The notes: generated by a model not told the origin, from the letters alone. A stretch of 64,000 bases of DNA from Mobula hypostoma (GCF_963921235.1 NC_086097.1:158784001-158848000); one strand, 5' to 3'. Shown: positions 39,961 through 52,568, numbered from the stretch's first letter. Translations and numbers: made by a program.

Positions 39961-41965
39961 TAAATGGTAGGGTGAAGGAACCATGGGTGACAAGTGAGGT
40001 GGAAAATCTAGGCAGGTGGAAGAAGGCAGTATACATGAGGTTTAGGAAGCAAGGATCAGATGGGTCTATTGAGGAATATAGGGAAGCAAGAAAGGAGCTT
40101 AAGAAGGGGCTGAGAAGAGCAAGAAGGGGGCATGAGAAGGCCTTGGTGAATAGGGTAAAGTAAAACCCCAAGGCATTCTTCAATTATGTGAAGGAAAAAA
40201 GGATGACAGGAGTGAAGGTAGCACCGATTAGAGATAAAGGTAGGAAGATGTGCCTGGAGGCTGTGGAAGTGAGCGAGGTCCTCAATGAATACTTCTCTTC
40301 GGTATTCACCAATGAGAGGGAACTTGATGATGGAGAGGACAATATGAGTGAGGTTGATGTTCTAGAGCATGTTGATATTAAGGGAGAGAAGGTGTTGGAG
40401 TTGTTAAAATACATTAGGACGGGTAAGTCCCGGGGCCTGACGGAATATTCCCCAGGCTGCTCCACGAGGCGAGGGAAGAGATTGCTGAGCCTCTGGCTAG
40501 AATCATTATGTCCTCGCTGTCCACGGGAATGGTACCGGAGGACTGGAGGGAGGCAAATGTTGTCCCCTTGTTCAAAAAAGGTAATAGGGATAGTCCAGGT
40601 AATTATAGACCAGTGAGCCTTACATCTGTGGTGGGAAAGCTGTTGGAAAAGATTCTTGGAGATAGGATCTATGGGCAGTTAGAGAATCATGGTCTGATCA
40701 GGGACAGTCAGCATGACTTTGTGAAGGGCAAATCGTGTCTAACAAGCCTGATAGAGTTCTTTGAGGAGGTGACCAGGCATATAGATGAGGGTAGTGCAGT
40801 GGATGTGATCTATATGGATTTTAGTAAGGCATTTGACAAGGTTCCACACGGTAGGCTTATTCAGAAAGTCAGAAGGCATGGGATCCAAGGAAGTTTGGCC
40901 AGGTGGATTCAGAATTGGCTTGCCTGCAGAAGGCAGAGGGTCGTGATGGAGGGAGTACATTCAGATTGGAGGATTGTGACTAGTGGTGTCCCACAAGGAT
41001 CTGTTCTGGGACCTCTACTTTTTGTGATTTTTATTAACGACCTGGATGTGGGGGTAGAAGGGTGGGTTGGCAAGTTTTCAGACGACACAAAGGTTGGTGA
41101 TGTTGTAGATAGTGTAGAGGATTGTCGAAGGTTGCAGAGAGACATTGATAGGATGCAGAAGTGGGCTGAGAAGTGGCAGATGGAGTTCAACCCGGAGAAG
41201 TGTGAGGTGGTACACTTTGGAAGGACAAACTCCAAGGCAGAGTACAAAGTAAATGGCAGGATACTTGGTAGTGTGGAGGAGCAGAAGGATCTCAGGGTAC
41301 ATCTCCACAGATCCCTGAAAGTTGCCTCACAGGCGGATAGGGTAGTTAAGAAAGCTTATGGGGTGTTAGCTTTCATAAGTCGAGGGATAGAGTTTAAGAG
41401 TCACGAGGTAATGATGCAGTTCTATAAAACTCTGGTTGGGCCACACTTGGAGTACTGTGTCCAGTTCTGGTCACCTCACTATAGGAAGGATGTAGAAGCA
41501 TTGGAAAGGGTACAGAAGAGATTTACCAGGATGCTGCCTGGTTTAGAGAGTATGCATTATGATCAGAGATTAAGGGAGCTAGGGCTTTACTCTTTGGAGA
41601 GAAGGAGGATGAGAGGAGACATGATAGAGGTGTACAAGATAATAAGAGGAATAGATAGAGTGGATAGCCAGCGCCTCTTCCCCAGGGCACCACTGCTCAA
41701 TACATGAGGACATGGCTTTAAGGTAAGGGGTGGGAAGTTCAAGGCGGATATTAGAGGAAGGTTTTTTACTCAGAGAGTGGTTGGTGCGTGGAATGCACTG
41801 CCTGAGTCAGTGCTGGAGGCAGATACACGTGAAGTTTAAGAGACTACTAGACAGGTATATGGAGGAATTTAAGGTGGGGGGTTATATGGGAGGCAGGGTT
41901 TGAGGGTCGGCATAACATTATGGGCCCAAGGGCCTGTAATGTGCTGTACTATTCTATGTTTTCTG
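39961..41965 (+). mobile_element. Young CR1 LINE nested in the Gypsy leader
   Basis: Uninterrupted 399-aa RT ORF at 40508-41707 and 3' tail ctattctatgtttt. Splits the Gypsy leader next to the PBS. Confidence 0.95.
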
Positions 41966-44562
41966 TAAAAATTCCTCATTGCCAGTGTTATGCTTTTTAA
42001 CTTCAAAATATTAAACCAATTTAAAACAAGATATGGGAGTCCCAAATGTGGGGGGTCTAACTTCGTGCTTAAGCAAGGCACACACGTATGATGTGGTAGC
42101 ATAATGGCGTACATTATTCACATACCTTTACATATAACCTGCTGTGAATTATTTAAGCAAACAATAGTACTTAATCAACAACATATTTACAACTCTAATA
42201 CTGAAATATTAAATACACAACAGGGGCAATGGTGTCCAATTCACAATCTAGGAGGAATCTAATCAAGGAGGGAATACACAGTACATAAATAGAAGGGTGC
42301 CTTTAAGAACCTTGGATGTGTACATACTCAGCACCTCAACCCTGGATTGTCCCTCTGTGGATGGTTTCCAACATAAGTCCATCTTTCAGGTCCTTTTGAT
42401 GCAATGTTTTTCTACTTCATTCATTCTCTGTAACCACGTGATCTGATGCTTTGTACAAAGAAGGACCACCATCTTTACCATCTGTTTTTCTTTGCATGCT
42501 GATTATCATGTGGAATCACCACCCAAGCAATACCACCTCACTTTCTTGTACACTATCTCCTATTGGTGATCATTAATCAAGTCCCTCCCCCACCATGTTG
42601 TGTCCTCATCATTATGCCTGAATTTGCTGCCAGTCTGAAGTAAATCAGAAGATGTTGAAAATGCTGAGCAAGTCGAGCAGCTCCTGTGGGAAGAGAATCA
42701 GTGATAACATTTCACATTGAAGATTCATTGTCAGACCAGGAAGGAGTCTTGTTAAGCTGCAGAAGAGTCGGAGGGGGAAGATCTCTCTGAAAGTGTAAAA
42801 CTGGAGTGAACTTGGGGATAAGATTTACACCAGTTATCAGATCAATGAATGATTGGGGGCAGTTGGACATAGTTGTATATAAATTTCCATCTGATTTACC
42901 AGTGTTCTTCAGGAAAGGATATCTGCCACCGATAGCTGGTGTGTTCTGACGATGGTTTCAGATCCACTTCATGTTGTTGACTTACAAATGTTTTATGAAA
43001 TGGTCCAACAAACCACTCAACTGTATGGAGCTCACCACCATCTTCTCAAGGGAAAACAGCAAACGCTGTCCTTGCTAGAAATGACCTGATTCTGAAAAGC
43101 TGATCAAACAAAAACAAAATAGTTTTGCACATCTATAAGTAGTTGGATGTTGACCTGGTGAATCAGAACCACATAAGTATTGGTACTTATAAAGGAGTTG
43201 CAGTTCAATGTCAAGACCTCCCAACGGTCATCCATTCAGTATCAGTACAATGATGCAAGGAATTCCAGTGTGCCTATGTGATTAAACTACATTTCTATGT
43301 ACTTCGTTCTTGTTAAACAACGAGAATGAGCCACTTCAATCTGGAAAAGGGTGGTGATGGTGTTGGATATGTGACACCCACTTAATGTTTGTGACACTCA
43401 TTCCACTCTTGGGACACAGAACTGCTGAAAAATTCAGGGCAGGCTAGCCATTAAATTGCGATCCCTTCGGACGCAATTACAAAAAGGAGTTTTCTGGCTA
43501 TGGAGTGAGGAACAACAATGGAAAATAAGATATGTTAAGCAAAATTTGAAAGTGGTGGTTTTCTGCTTTACTGTTTATTAGACATAGTTCTATATAAATT
43601 AAATCCAGAATGATGTGGAAATCTCCTGAGCATGAAAATGCCTTATTAGTGTCTGTTATTTTAAGCAATAAATAGTTAATTAGTAATCTAAAATGTTTTG
43701 GTAATTCAAAGTTGATTGGATAAATGGCAAGAATGAATAGAAGAAAGCTATGGCAGCGAATTTATTATGGATGGTTAGTGAATGGTGGAAAAACAGGCAA
43801 ATGACTCGTTTAACTTACTGGGGAGGATGTGTCTGCACCACTTGAGTTCCCTTCCAAGGCTTTCTTAACTTTAAAACTACTGTCGCCATCTTGAGTATGT
43901 AGCTTTGTCAATACTTACACTTACAATGTTCCATCAGTCATTTTCTGGCCAACCTCTGACTCACAAACCAACATCCTCTGAATGTTTCCTATGATGCAAA
44001 ACATATTTGAAGAAACAGAATATGCTGGAAACATCCAGAGGGTCATGCATTATCAGTGGAAGGTGAATTCAGTTTAAGCTCAAGACCCCCTTGTCAGAAC
44101 ATGGTGAATGTTTTAAAACAGATGGTTTTCAAGTTGCAAAGAAGGTAGAATGGTGATAGTTAGAATGGTGTATAGCCTGGTATAATAAGGCAGTTAAATG
44201 TTAATTATGCTTTTGTGTCTGTGTATGTTACCTGTTGTTATAAGCAGTGTTCCCAGATATATTTTTGGGGTTCTCTATCCAGTAGCACAGCCTGACCAGC
44301 TGCCATGTTCTGTCAAGCAACACACTACAAAGACAAGAATATGTGACAACTCTCTAATAGTTTTCCATCTTTACCTGGCCTACCCTATCTCATTTATTCT
44401 ATTTGTCATATCCAGTCCTCCTGCCACCTGTTTTCTCTCTCTTGTCCTGGTCTGATGAAGGGTCTTTCACTGGAGATGATAATTCTGACAAATTTTATGT
44501 TTTATTTTAATTTCATGTTCCAGCATATTTTATGATTTTTTTGTAAGTGCAAATTATTTCCA

Positions 44563-45998
44563 AAAGTTCAAAGTAAATTTATTATCAAAGTACATATATG
44601 TCACTATATACAACAGTGAGTTTCATCGTCTTATGGACATACACCATAAATCCACAGAAAAATAACCATAACACAATCAATGAGAGACCACACCAACTTG
44701 GGCACTTAACCAGTGTGCAAAAGATAACAAACCATGCAAATACATAAAGAAAGAAATAATAATAAATATTGTGACCATGAGATGTGAGTCCATGGATTGT
44801 GGGAGCATTACAAGAATGGGGCAGTGAAATTATCCCTTTGGTTCAAAAGCATGATGGCTGAGGGGTAATAACTGTTCATTATCCTGCTGGTATGCGTCCT
44901 GAGGCTCCTGTTCATTTTTCTAGATGCAGCAGTTAGAAGAGAGCATAACCTGGGTTGTGGGGGTCCCTGATGATGGAAGTTGTTTTCCTATGACATTGTT
45001 TCATGTAGATGAGCTCAACGATGGGGAGTTCTTTACCTGTGATGGATTGGGCCAAATCCACTACTCTTTCTCGATTTTTCTGTTCAAGTGCATTAATATT
45101 TCCATACCAGGCTGTGATGCAGCCAGTCAATATACACTCCAATTTGATGTCATGCCGAATCTTCGTAAATTCCAAGGGTCGTGCTTTCTTCGTATTTACA
45201 CTTGTGTGCTGGGCCCAGGACAGGTCCTCCAAAATAACACAAAGGAATTTAGGGTTGCTGACCCCCTCTGCATCCTATCCTCCAATGAGGACTGGCTCAT
45301 GAACCTCTGCTTCCCTTCTCCTGAAGTTAATAATCAGCTCCTTGGTTCTGCTGACATTGATTAAGAGGTTGTTGTTACGATATTATTCAGCCAGATTTAA
45401 ATCTCCCTCCTATATGCAGATATGTTACCACCTTTGATTCTGCCTATGACAGTGGTGTCATCAGCAAACTTGAATATGGCGTTGGAGCTGTGCTTAACCA
45501 TAAAGTCATAAATGTAAGGTGGACAGAGAAGGAGGCTAAGCACAAAGCCTGTGGTGCAGCTGTGCTGATGGTGTTCGTGGAGGAGATGTTGCTGTCAATC
45601 TGAACTGACCGGTATCTGCATGTGAGGAAATCAAGGATCCAATTTCACAAAAAGGAACTGAGGCCAAGGTCTTGGAGCTTATTGATTAATTTTGTGGGGA
45701 TGATGGTATTGAATGCTGAGCTGTAGTCAAAAAAGAGCATCCTGATATATGCAACTTTGCCATATATCATGGTATTGAATGCTGAGCTGTAGTCAAAAAA
45801 GAGCATCCTGATATATGCAACTTTGCAGAGTTGAGTGAATAGCCAATGAGATGCCCTGTGCTGTGGACCTGTTGCTCCAGTAGGCAAATTGGACCAGATC
45901 CAAGTCACTTCTTAGGCAGGTGTTGATATATTTCATCACCAACCTCTCAAAACACTTTCTTCTTAGGCGCTGGTATAATTGAAGCCTGCTTGAAGCAT
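44563..45998 (-). mobile_element. Rex1/Babar-type LINE 3' part including 3' end
   Basis: CFKQASIIP, FERLVMKYINTCLRSDLDLVQFAY, IRMLFFDYSSAFNTIIP, ILTGCITAWYGN; 3' terminus aaagttcaaagtaaatttattatcaaagtac. Confidence 0.85.
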
Positions 45999-46934
45999 TT
46001 TGTACAGAAATAAAACAAGACATATGAAGAAAGCAGGTTTCCTTTGACATCTCTATAAAGAAAAATAAATAATGTAATTATCAGCTTAATCTTATGGCAG
46101 CAATGATGGTCATTATTTCAGTTAACATTATAAAAAATATTTGTTATCACTTTAGTAATTGCATTCACTATTTATCACTCCAAAGGATTAAATTTAATAT
46201 ACTTTGGTGGAGAAAAGTATCACTGCTATAATGAAATATTCTAGTGATGTACTGTTCAAATATATTGAAGGAAAATCCACAATTCAACTGTAGCTATTAT
46301 CTATTTATTTCACTGTCTTCATTAGGAACTGAGCAGAAATAAATATGAACTATAATTATAATAAGCAAGCTTATTTTTATGATGATACAAATCATACCAA
46401 CCATCTTGTGTCATATTAGTACACACTGCTAACCTAAGTTGTATACAGGTTTCAGATTTGCTGATGCTGAGATTAAAACTGGCAAATTAAAATACCTGCT
46501 TGTTTTGTCTTCATCAACACTTCAATTTTTATGAAGGCTGAGCCTGCCAAAGACTTAAAAAGCATCAAAGCAAAGTTGTACTGGAACTTCTCTCGTACAC
46601 TGTACTGTGACAGTTTATCATAAGTGCTTTAAAATACTTGACAACAGTTTTAGTAGTGTTAGCATTAACAAGGTCTTAAAATTTAAGCATCCTCATCTCT
46701 AAAGGTTGGATGTTGATATTTCCAAATGTCAAGTCTTCAAAGTGGAAGCATAACCAGTCCCTGTCATTAAAGTTATTTGGATTTATATTCACAAATAGTC
46801 AAGTTGCCAATCTTTTGAGTTGATTCTGAAAGCTGGTCTTGAACTACGGATATGTGTTGAGTTGTGAGAGAAATACTTGTTTTGTTAGTAGTTTGCTATG
46901 ATGTACCACAATAGCCCTTACCACTTCCATAAAG

Positions 46935-48420
46935 CAAGCTGTGATGCCTCACTCCCTGATGAGCTGAACATATTTTACACATGGCTTGAAAGGGAGCATA
47001 ACCCTATACTTTTGTGAATCCCTTTAGCATCTGGTGTTCCTCTGATATCTGTTTCAGAGGCCAACTTCAGAATATCTTTCAGAGGGTGAACCATCGCAAG
47101 GCGTCAGACCTCAATGGTGTAGCGGCAGGTCACAGAAACCTGTGCCAGCCAACTGGTTTGAGTGCTCAAGGACACCTTCAGTCTCTCACTGCTGCATTCA
47201 AAGGTTCCCATCTGCTTCAAAATAGCATCAATCATACTGGTGTCCAAATATTATGATGTTAGGTTTCACCTTGCAGGAAGTAATAGCCTGCAATCCTTGT
47301 CATAGCCGAAGTACAACCAATTCCATCTCTAACTTCACTCAGAATTGCTTCTTCTCTCTTAAGAAAGCCTTGTATAGGTCAATACTGCACATCTTGTAGA
47401 GTTCTGGATCACCATTCTTGAATGCCCCTCAGCAAATTATGAATCTCTTGATTCATCCACAAGCCTTGATAAGATCAGTGACAAGTATAGCATATTCATT
47501 CAGATCCAAAAATGAATCCCTGAATATAGTCCAGTTAACTGATTCAAAGCAGTTCTGTAAGTGCTCCTCTGTCTCTCTTGATTGCACCTTTGTGGTACTC
47601 ACCACTGGCGCTACAGTTCACAATCTATGTTTGTCTGCTGGGAGTAGAAGTATATCCAAGTGATCGGACTTGTCAACGTTTGGGTGTGGGATTGAGTGGT
47701 AAGAGTTCTTGATGTCGGTGTAACAGTGATTATGTGTGTTGACTCTTATAGCTCCAAAGGTGACACGTTGGTGGTAGCTGGTCAGAGATACCTTCAAGAT
47801 GGCCTTGTTGACGTTCCCTGAAATGTTCGGGAAGCGTCAGGGTGTGCGTTTTCCTGACTGATAATCACAGTGCTCAGTTCCTCCAGTGCCAAGTTAATGT
47901 TGGCCAGGTATGGAACATTCACTGCAACTAGAATGGCAGTGGAAAGCTCCCTTGGTGGATAGAATAGACAACAGTTGACCACCAGATGTTCCAGGACGGA
48001 GCAGCAGGACTGAGACAGAACCACCTTAACTGTGCACCACAATGAATTAATCGTGGAGATAATCATGTCTTTGCCTTTACCAGATGCCACTGTCCGGTCA
48101 TATGGTGAAAGATGAAGCCCTTGGGCTGGAGCGCTGTGTCCAGAGTGCTAGGAATAAGCCATGTCTTTATGAAGCAAGATGCACAGCAGTTACTGATGTC
48201 CCTCTGCTACTGCAATCTTGTTCTGAGGTTATCAATTTTATGTTACCAGAGACTGTACAGTAGCTTGGAGGATGGTAGGAAGTGTGTCTTCAAAGCCCCC
48301 TGTATCAATTTTACCTGCAGCACAACTCAGTGGCCTTGTTCGCATACAGGGAAGCTGCTTACACTACATATGTGGCTTACAGTCTTGAGTCTGCCGATTT
48401 TGAAGATTGATGGATTTTAT
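46935..48420. mobile_element. Rex1-type LINE fragment with an inverted segment
   Basis: 47255-48420 (-) encodes endonuclease/linker (LEHLVVNCCLFYPPRELSTAILVAV ... LQAITSCKVKPN). 46935-47250 (+) encodes the next segment (SLPDELNIFY, RVNHRKAS). Confidence 0.65.
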
Positions 48421-48494
48421 AAAATATCTTGTAACAATGTTGCTTACTGAAATACCTATGACTGTAACTGTAGATTTCAGCTGTATCCTAAAAA

Positions 48495-49790
48495 GGAATA
48501 AAGTGAATTTTGGTTAATTGGGCCATTGGTTAATCAGGGCAGCCACTGATTTGGAACGACATGTAAAGAACAAAAACTAATTGAGAAAATTGCCAGGATT
48601 CCTTTTGTTTATTTGGGACAGTATGCTGCTTAACTGAAACAGGGGACTATTGCTGAACAGGTTCTAATTAACATCAGTCGCACGCACTTGAGTGGCTGTT
48701 AGACACTACACCATGCTGAGGGCAAGTAGCTTTTAAATAGTATCGGTGTGTGTGTTTGGGTTCAAGGAGCAGCAATTTTTGTTACTGATAATTGACAATT
48801 GTAAGCAGTAAGCCAATTCTGAACTGTTTTACTTACTGTGGTTTCAAGCATTCAGGCTTGGAGATGCCAGAAATGTCTGGGAGTGAAAATGAAATGATCT
48901 CACTACCCCAACGAGTTAGGAAAAATGAAGAATTTGAAGGTATCAACAATCACCTTGAATGTTACAATGAAAATGATTTGGAGGATGCAATCATTGAGAG
49001 TGTTGTATGAAGGCAGTTCACCATCTGTACTAGATGTCTGTGCTAATTATGTTCATTCTGTACACTAGATGAATTCCTCTGTCAGTAACTATTAGAAACT
49101 AACACACACATTTACAGTACTGTAGTATTATTGGTAGTGTTCTAATTTGTTCTGCATTTTGTTTAAACACATAGCTTGTTACTCAGTTTGTTATTTTTAA
49201 ACTCTTTATCTATTTCCATAAAACTTTGGCAAATTGGGGCAGCCGCCTAATTGTGCCAAAATGTACTGGTTCTGATGTGTGCCAGTTAAGGCTGATTTAT
49301 ATTTGTGCGTACGGGCTACGCCATAGGCCTGATTTACACTTTTGCGTAGCCCTACGCCATAGCGAGCATGCGTATTTGTGTCTGCGTTGCTCTGCAATCA
49401 CCGCCAAAACGCTAGTTGGTGGAGGGGTTTCTGTGCCACTGTGTTGAGTTTCTCCGTGAGAGACATAGACGAGGAAATGCATTTCAAATATTTCCTGATG
49501 TCAGCAGGTAGATTTGACGATTTGATTCATCGTCTCCAACCATTTATTTCACATCAGTGTACAGTCATGGTGGAGAAAAGCAACCGGAAATGCGTATGAG
49601 GAAACGCGATGCTACCAAGCAGACCAATCACAGTTGCTGCGGTCTGCGTCGCCGTGACGCGTGAGTTACATTTTTGGGGAGGTGCACGTCACCCTACGGC
49701 ATAGGGTATGGCGTAGGATACACGATACCTACGACATACATTTGACGCACAAGTATAAATCAGCCTTTATTTGGAATCCGCTTATTTGTA
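48495..49790 (+). mobile_element. Tigger/pogo-like remnant (host of the Harbinger insertion)
   Basis: Repeated ttaattggg(c/g)cagcc subterminal motifs and an acidic C-terminal remnant NEEFEGINNHLECYNENDLEDAIIES. Confidence 0.5.
49289..49766 (+). mobile_element. Non-autonomous PIF/Harbinger transposon
   Basis: TIRs AGGCTGATTTATA(T/C)TTGTGCGT, 3-bp TSD TTA (49286-49288 and 49767-49769), internal transposase remnant [27 protein letters not shown]. Confidence 0.85.
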
Positions 49791-50189
49791 GATTCACTTC
49801 AGAGCTGCACACAGAGAGTTGACACTCAACATCATCTTTACTTATGGTGCTGACTGTGTGGGGTTTGTATCTTCTTTCTGTTACTATGTGAGTTTCTGGC
49901 TGCTCTGATTTCCTTCCGAGTCTCAAAGATATGTCTGCTGCTAGGTTAATTGGCCACTGTAAATTTTCCCAGATTGTTGGTGAGTGCTAGAATCTAAGGG
50001 GAGATTCTAGATTGTTTAATGTAATTTCCAGTATACAAATGTAAAGGAGAATGATAAAATGTTACTCCAACTGTGATGCAGCAGTAAAAAACACAGTAAG
50101 ATAAAGAACATGAAATATATAGGATGCAAGATGGCATCAGTGAACAATCTGACCAAGTGTAACATCCTTCAGACAATTCATGAAGCTAC

Positions 50190-50927
50190 TTCTTTTACTT
50201 CTTCTTTCAAATATGATTTTTGGGCCGATTGAGCGACCTGGTGTTTTGCCATCTCTGAGGGAGTTCAGTGAGGTTTAGAGTGAAGTGTGCGCTCTGGAAG
50301 CCAAGAAACCATCAGACAAGGTGTGAACCCACGATCAACTCCATTTCTTGCCAGTCTTACCAATGAAAGCGTTGAGCAAGATTGAAATCAACGAGGACGA
50401 GAGTGGAAGTCAAGTGGGTGCTCAGCGCCGTCTGCCTGCGATTGGCTGGTCTCCCTCTCCCTCATGCTCTCTGCTGCCAGGGGAAGGTGCAGAGTCCTGG
50501 GAAAGGTTTGATTGGTGTGGTTTGTGGATTGGACTTGTCTTAGCAGGCTCTGCAGTTCATGTTATAAGTGTTTCTTGATTGTGATTACTACTTTTTTTAA
50601 TTGATATTTTGCATGATTTTGATTGGGGCTGACCGGCTCTGCAACCTGTAGTCAACAAATGGCAGAGCATTAAAGTGAACTGAACTGAATTAGACTGAAC
50701 GTTCTTAGACTGTTTCAAGGACTCTGCAGTTTGATGTTTAAAGTTCTGTGTGTTATTCACTTGTTTTTGCTATTTCCGTGATGTGTTCTGTTGTTTTGCA
50801 TATTGGGTGTTGGATGTTTTCTTTGAACAGGTTCTATGGTGTTTCTTTGTTTCATAGCTATCTGTGGGAAAACAAATCTCAGGGTTGTATACTGCATACA
50901 TACTTTGATGATACATGTACTTTGAAC
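50190..50927 (+). mobile_element. Non-coding element ending in a Rex1-like 3' tail
   Basis: 3' end aatctcagggttgtatactgcatacatactttgatgatacatgtactttgaac is the reverse complement of the tails at 23737 and 62300. Confidence 0.5.
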
Positions 50928-51055
50928 ACAACAATAAAAACACATAAATACATAAGACAGCTTATATACCTAGACTGTATGTCTATAAAGTGACATTAGG
51001 CGCAGGAGTGTATGTACATGAGGTGACTGACTGAAAATGATAAACTGGTGGGAAT

Positions 51056-51258
51056 AAGAAGCCCATGTTTCTGGCTGAGACTCTTCGTCAGGACTGGAAA
51101 GGAAGGGGGAAGAATGCAGTCCTGGTGAAGGGTCTCTGTTTGAAAAATTGGTTCTTTATTCCTCTCCATAAATGTTGCCTGATCTGCTGAGTTCCAACAG
51201 CGTTTTCTGTGTGTTACTCTGGTTTTCCAGCACCTGCAGAATATCTTGTGTTTATGAT
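51056..51258. mobile_element. Penelope terminal-repeat fold-back fragment
   Basis: ttcgtcaggact...agtcctggtgaagggtctc...ccagcacctgcagaatatcttgtgttt. Confidence 0.6.
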
Positions 51259-51711
51259 GTTCAGAGGGATTTTGGGGCCCAAGTCTATACCTCTTGAAAG
51301 TGTCTGTACAAGCTGAGGAAGGTGTATGGCACAGTTGTCTTTATGGGATGAGGCATTGATATCAAGATTCAGGAAGTTATGGGGAAGTTATAAAAGATTT
51401 GGGGAGTGTAAAATGGCAGTTGGTGATGGATGTTGGCTCACTGGGCTGAAGGGCTATTTCTGTGCTTAAATTTTTGTGACTCTACAATATTAACAAATTA
51501 CGGAATTCCTCTTTGTTTTAAAAAGGAATAAACAATGGCTTCAAGTCATTGCTTCCAGTCACAGGTGATGACCACAATTAGTCAAACCATTGCCATGGCA
51601 GAGTCTCTGTTTAGCTAGCTTCTAAACTACCAACAGCAATAACTACACAATTTAACATCAGGTTTCTGAATGGTCCATGAATCCCTGAACACTACCTCAC
51701 TCTTTTACCTC

Positions 51712-51956
51712 AACACAAGAGTTTCTCCAGATGCCGGAAAACCAGAGTAACGCACAAAAAATGCAGGAGGAACTCAGCAATTCAAGCAGCATCAATGAAG
51801 AGGAATAAACAACCAAAGTTTCAGGCCAAGACCCTTCATCAGAATCCAAATGAGTGAGTCCTGATGAAGGGTATTGGCCTGAATTTTTTATTATTTATCC
51901 TTCTCCATAGATGTTTCCCGACCTCTGAGTTCCTCCAGCTTTTTGTAAGTGTTACT
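51712..51956. mobile_element. Penelope terminal-repeat fold-back element
   Basis: Inverted arms ggaggaactcag...cccttcatcag and agtcctgatgaaggg...ctgagttcctcc. Confidence 0.65.
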
Positions 51957-52284
51957 CACTGATTTGCTGTCTTTTTGCACTATTTATTTTTATATGTTTC
52001 TTATTGTAAGTGCAATGCATAACAAAACATTTTATAACATATGTCAGTGATAATAAAGCTGATTCTGATTCTGAGGATGTGCTCAGCAAGGTGTGATGAA
52101 TGCCAGGCGTGAGATGGAGATATTTGTAGAGCTAACTTTATCAATAAAATGAATTTTTAAAAACAATCGAAGTGGAAAGCAGGGTTGCTCATGGAGAGAA
52201 ATTTTGCAGCATGACTTCCAAGTTCCTCAAAGGAAGGGCTATGGCAAATTAGGATATAGGGTGGTGAATGTCTGCCAGAGTAAT

Positions 52285-52568
52285 GACACCATAGTAGCAT
52301 AGCAGTTAGTGTTACACTATGACAGCTTAGGGTGTCAGAGTACGGAGTTAAATTCTGACGTCATCCATAAGGAGTCTGTCCGTCCTCCCAGTGGAATGTG
52401 TAGGCTTCCTCCGGGTGCTCTGGTTTCCTCCCACAGTCTAAAGACATACCGATTGGTAAGTTAATTGGTCATTATAAATTATCCAGTCATTAGGCTAGGG
52501 TTCAATTGGAGATGTTGGGCAGTTTAGCTTGAGAGGCCAGAAGGGACTATAAATAAATAAAATAAGTA
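52285..52568 (+). mobile_element. tRNA-derived V-SINE (HE1-like)
   Basis: ttcctccgggtgctctggtttcctcccacagtctaaagac...gttaattggtcatt and a (TAAA)n tail. Confidence 0.75.

Larger units (their letters stand above)
37371..42222 (-). mobile_element. Gypsy/Ty3-type LTR retrotransposon, internally deleted, carrying a captured RBM25 fragment and a nested CR1
   Basis: Related LTRs at 41986-42222 and 37371-37618, both ending aaatacacaaca on +. TSD GGGGT/GGGGC. PBS-like TGGCAATGAGG (41974-41984) and PPT-like AAAGCAAGGCGAAG (37619-37632). Gag from ATG 39729 (MAGCIGKIDTFD, LLIAEYFRFHKQNQKEGES, zinc knuckles) and protease LDTGMAVS. Confidence 0.9.
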
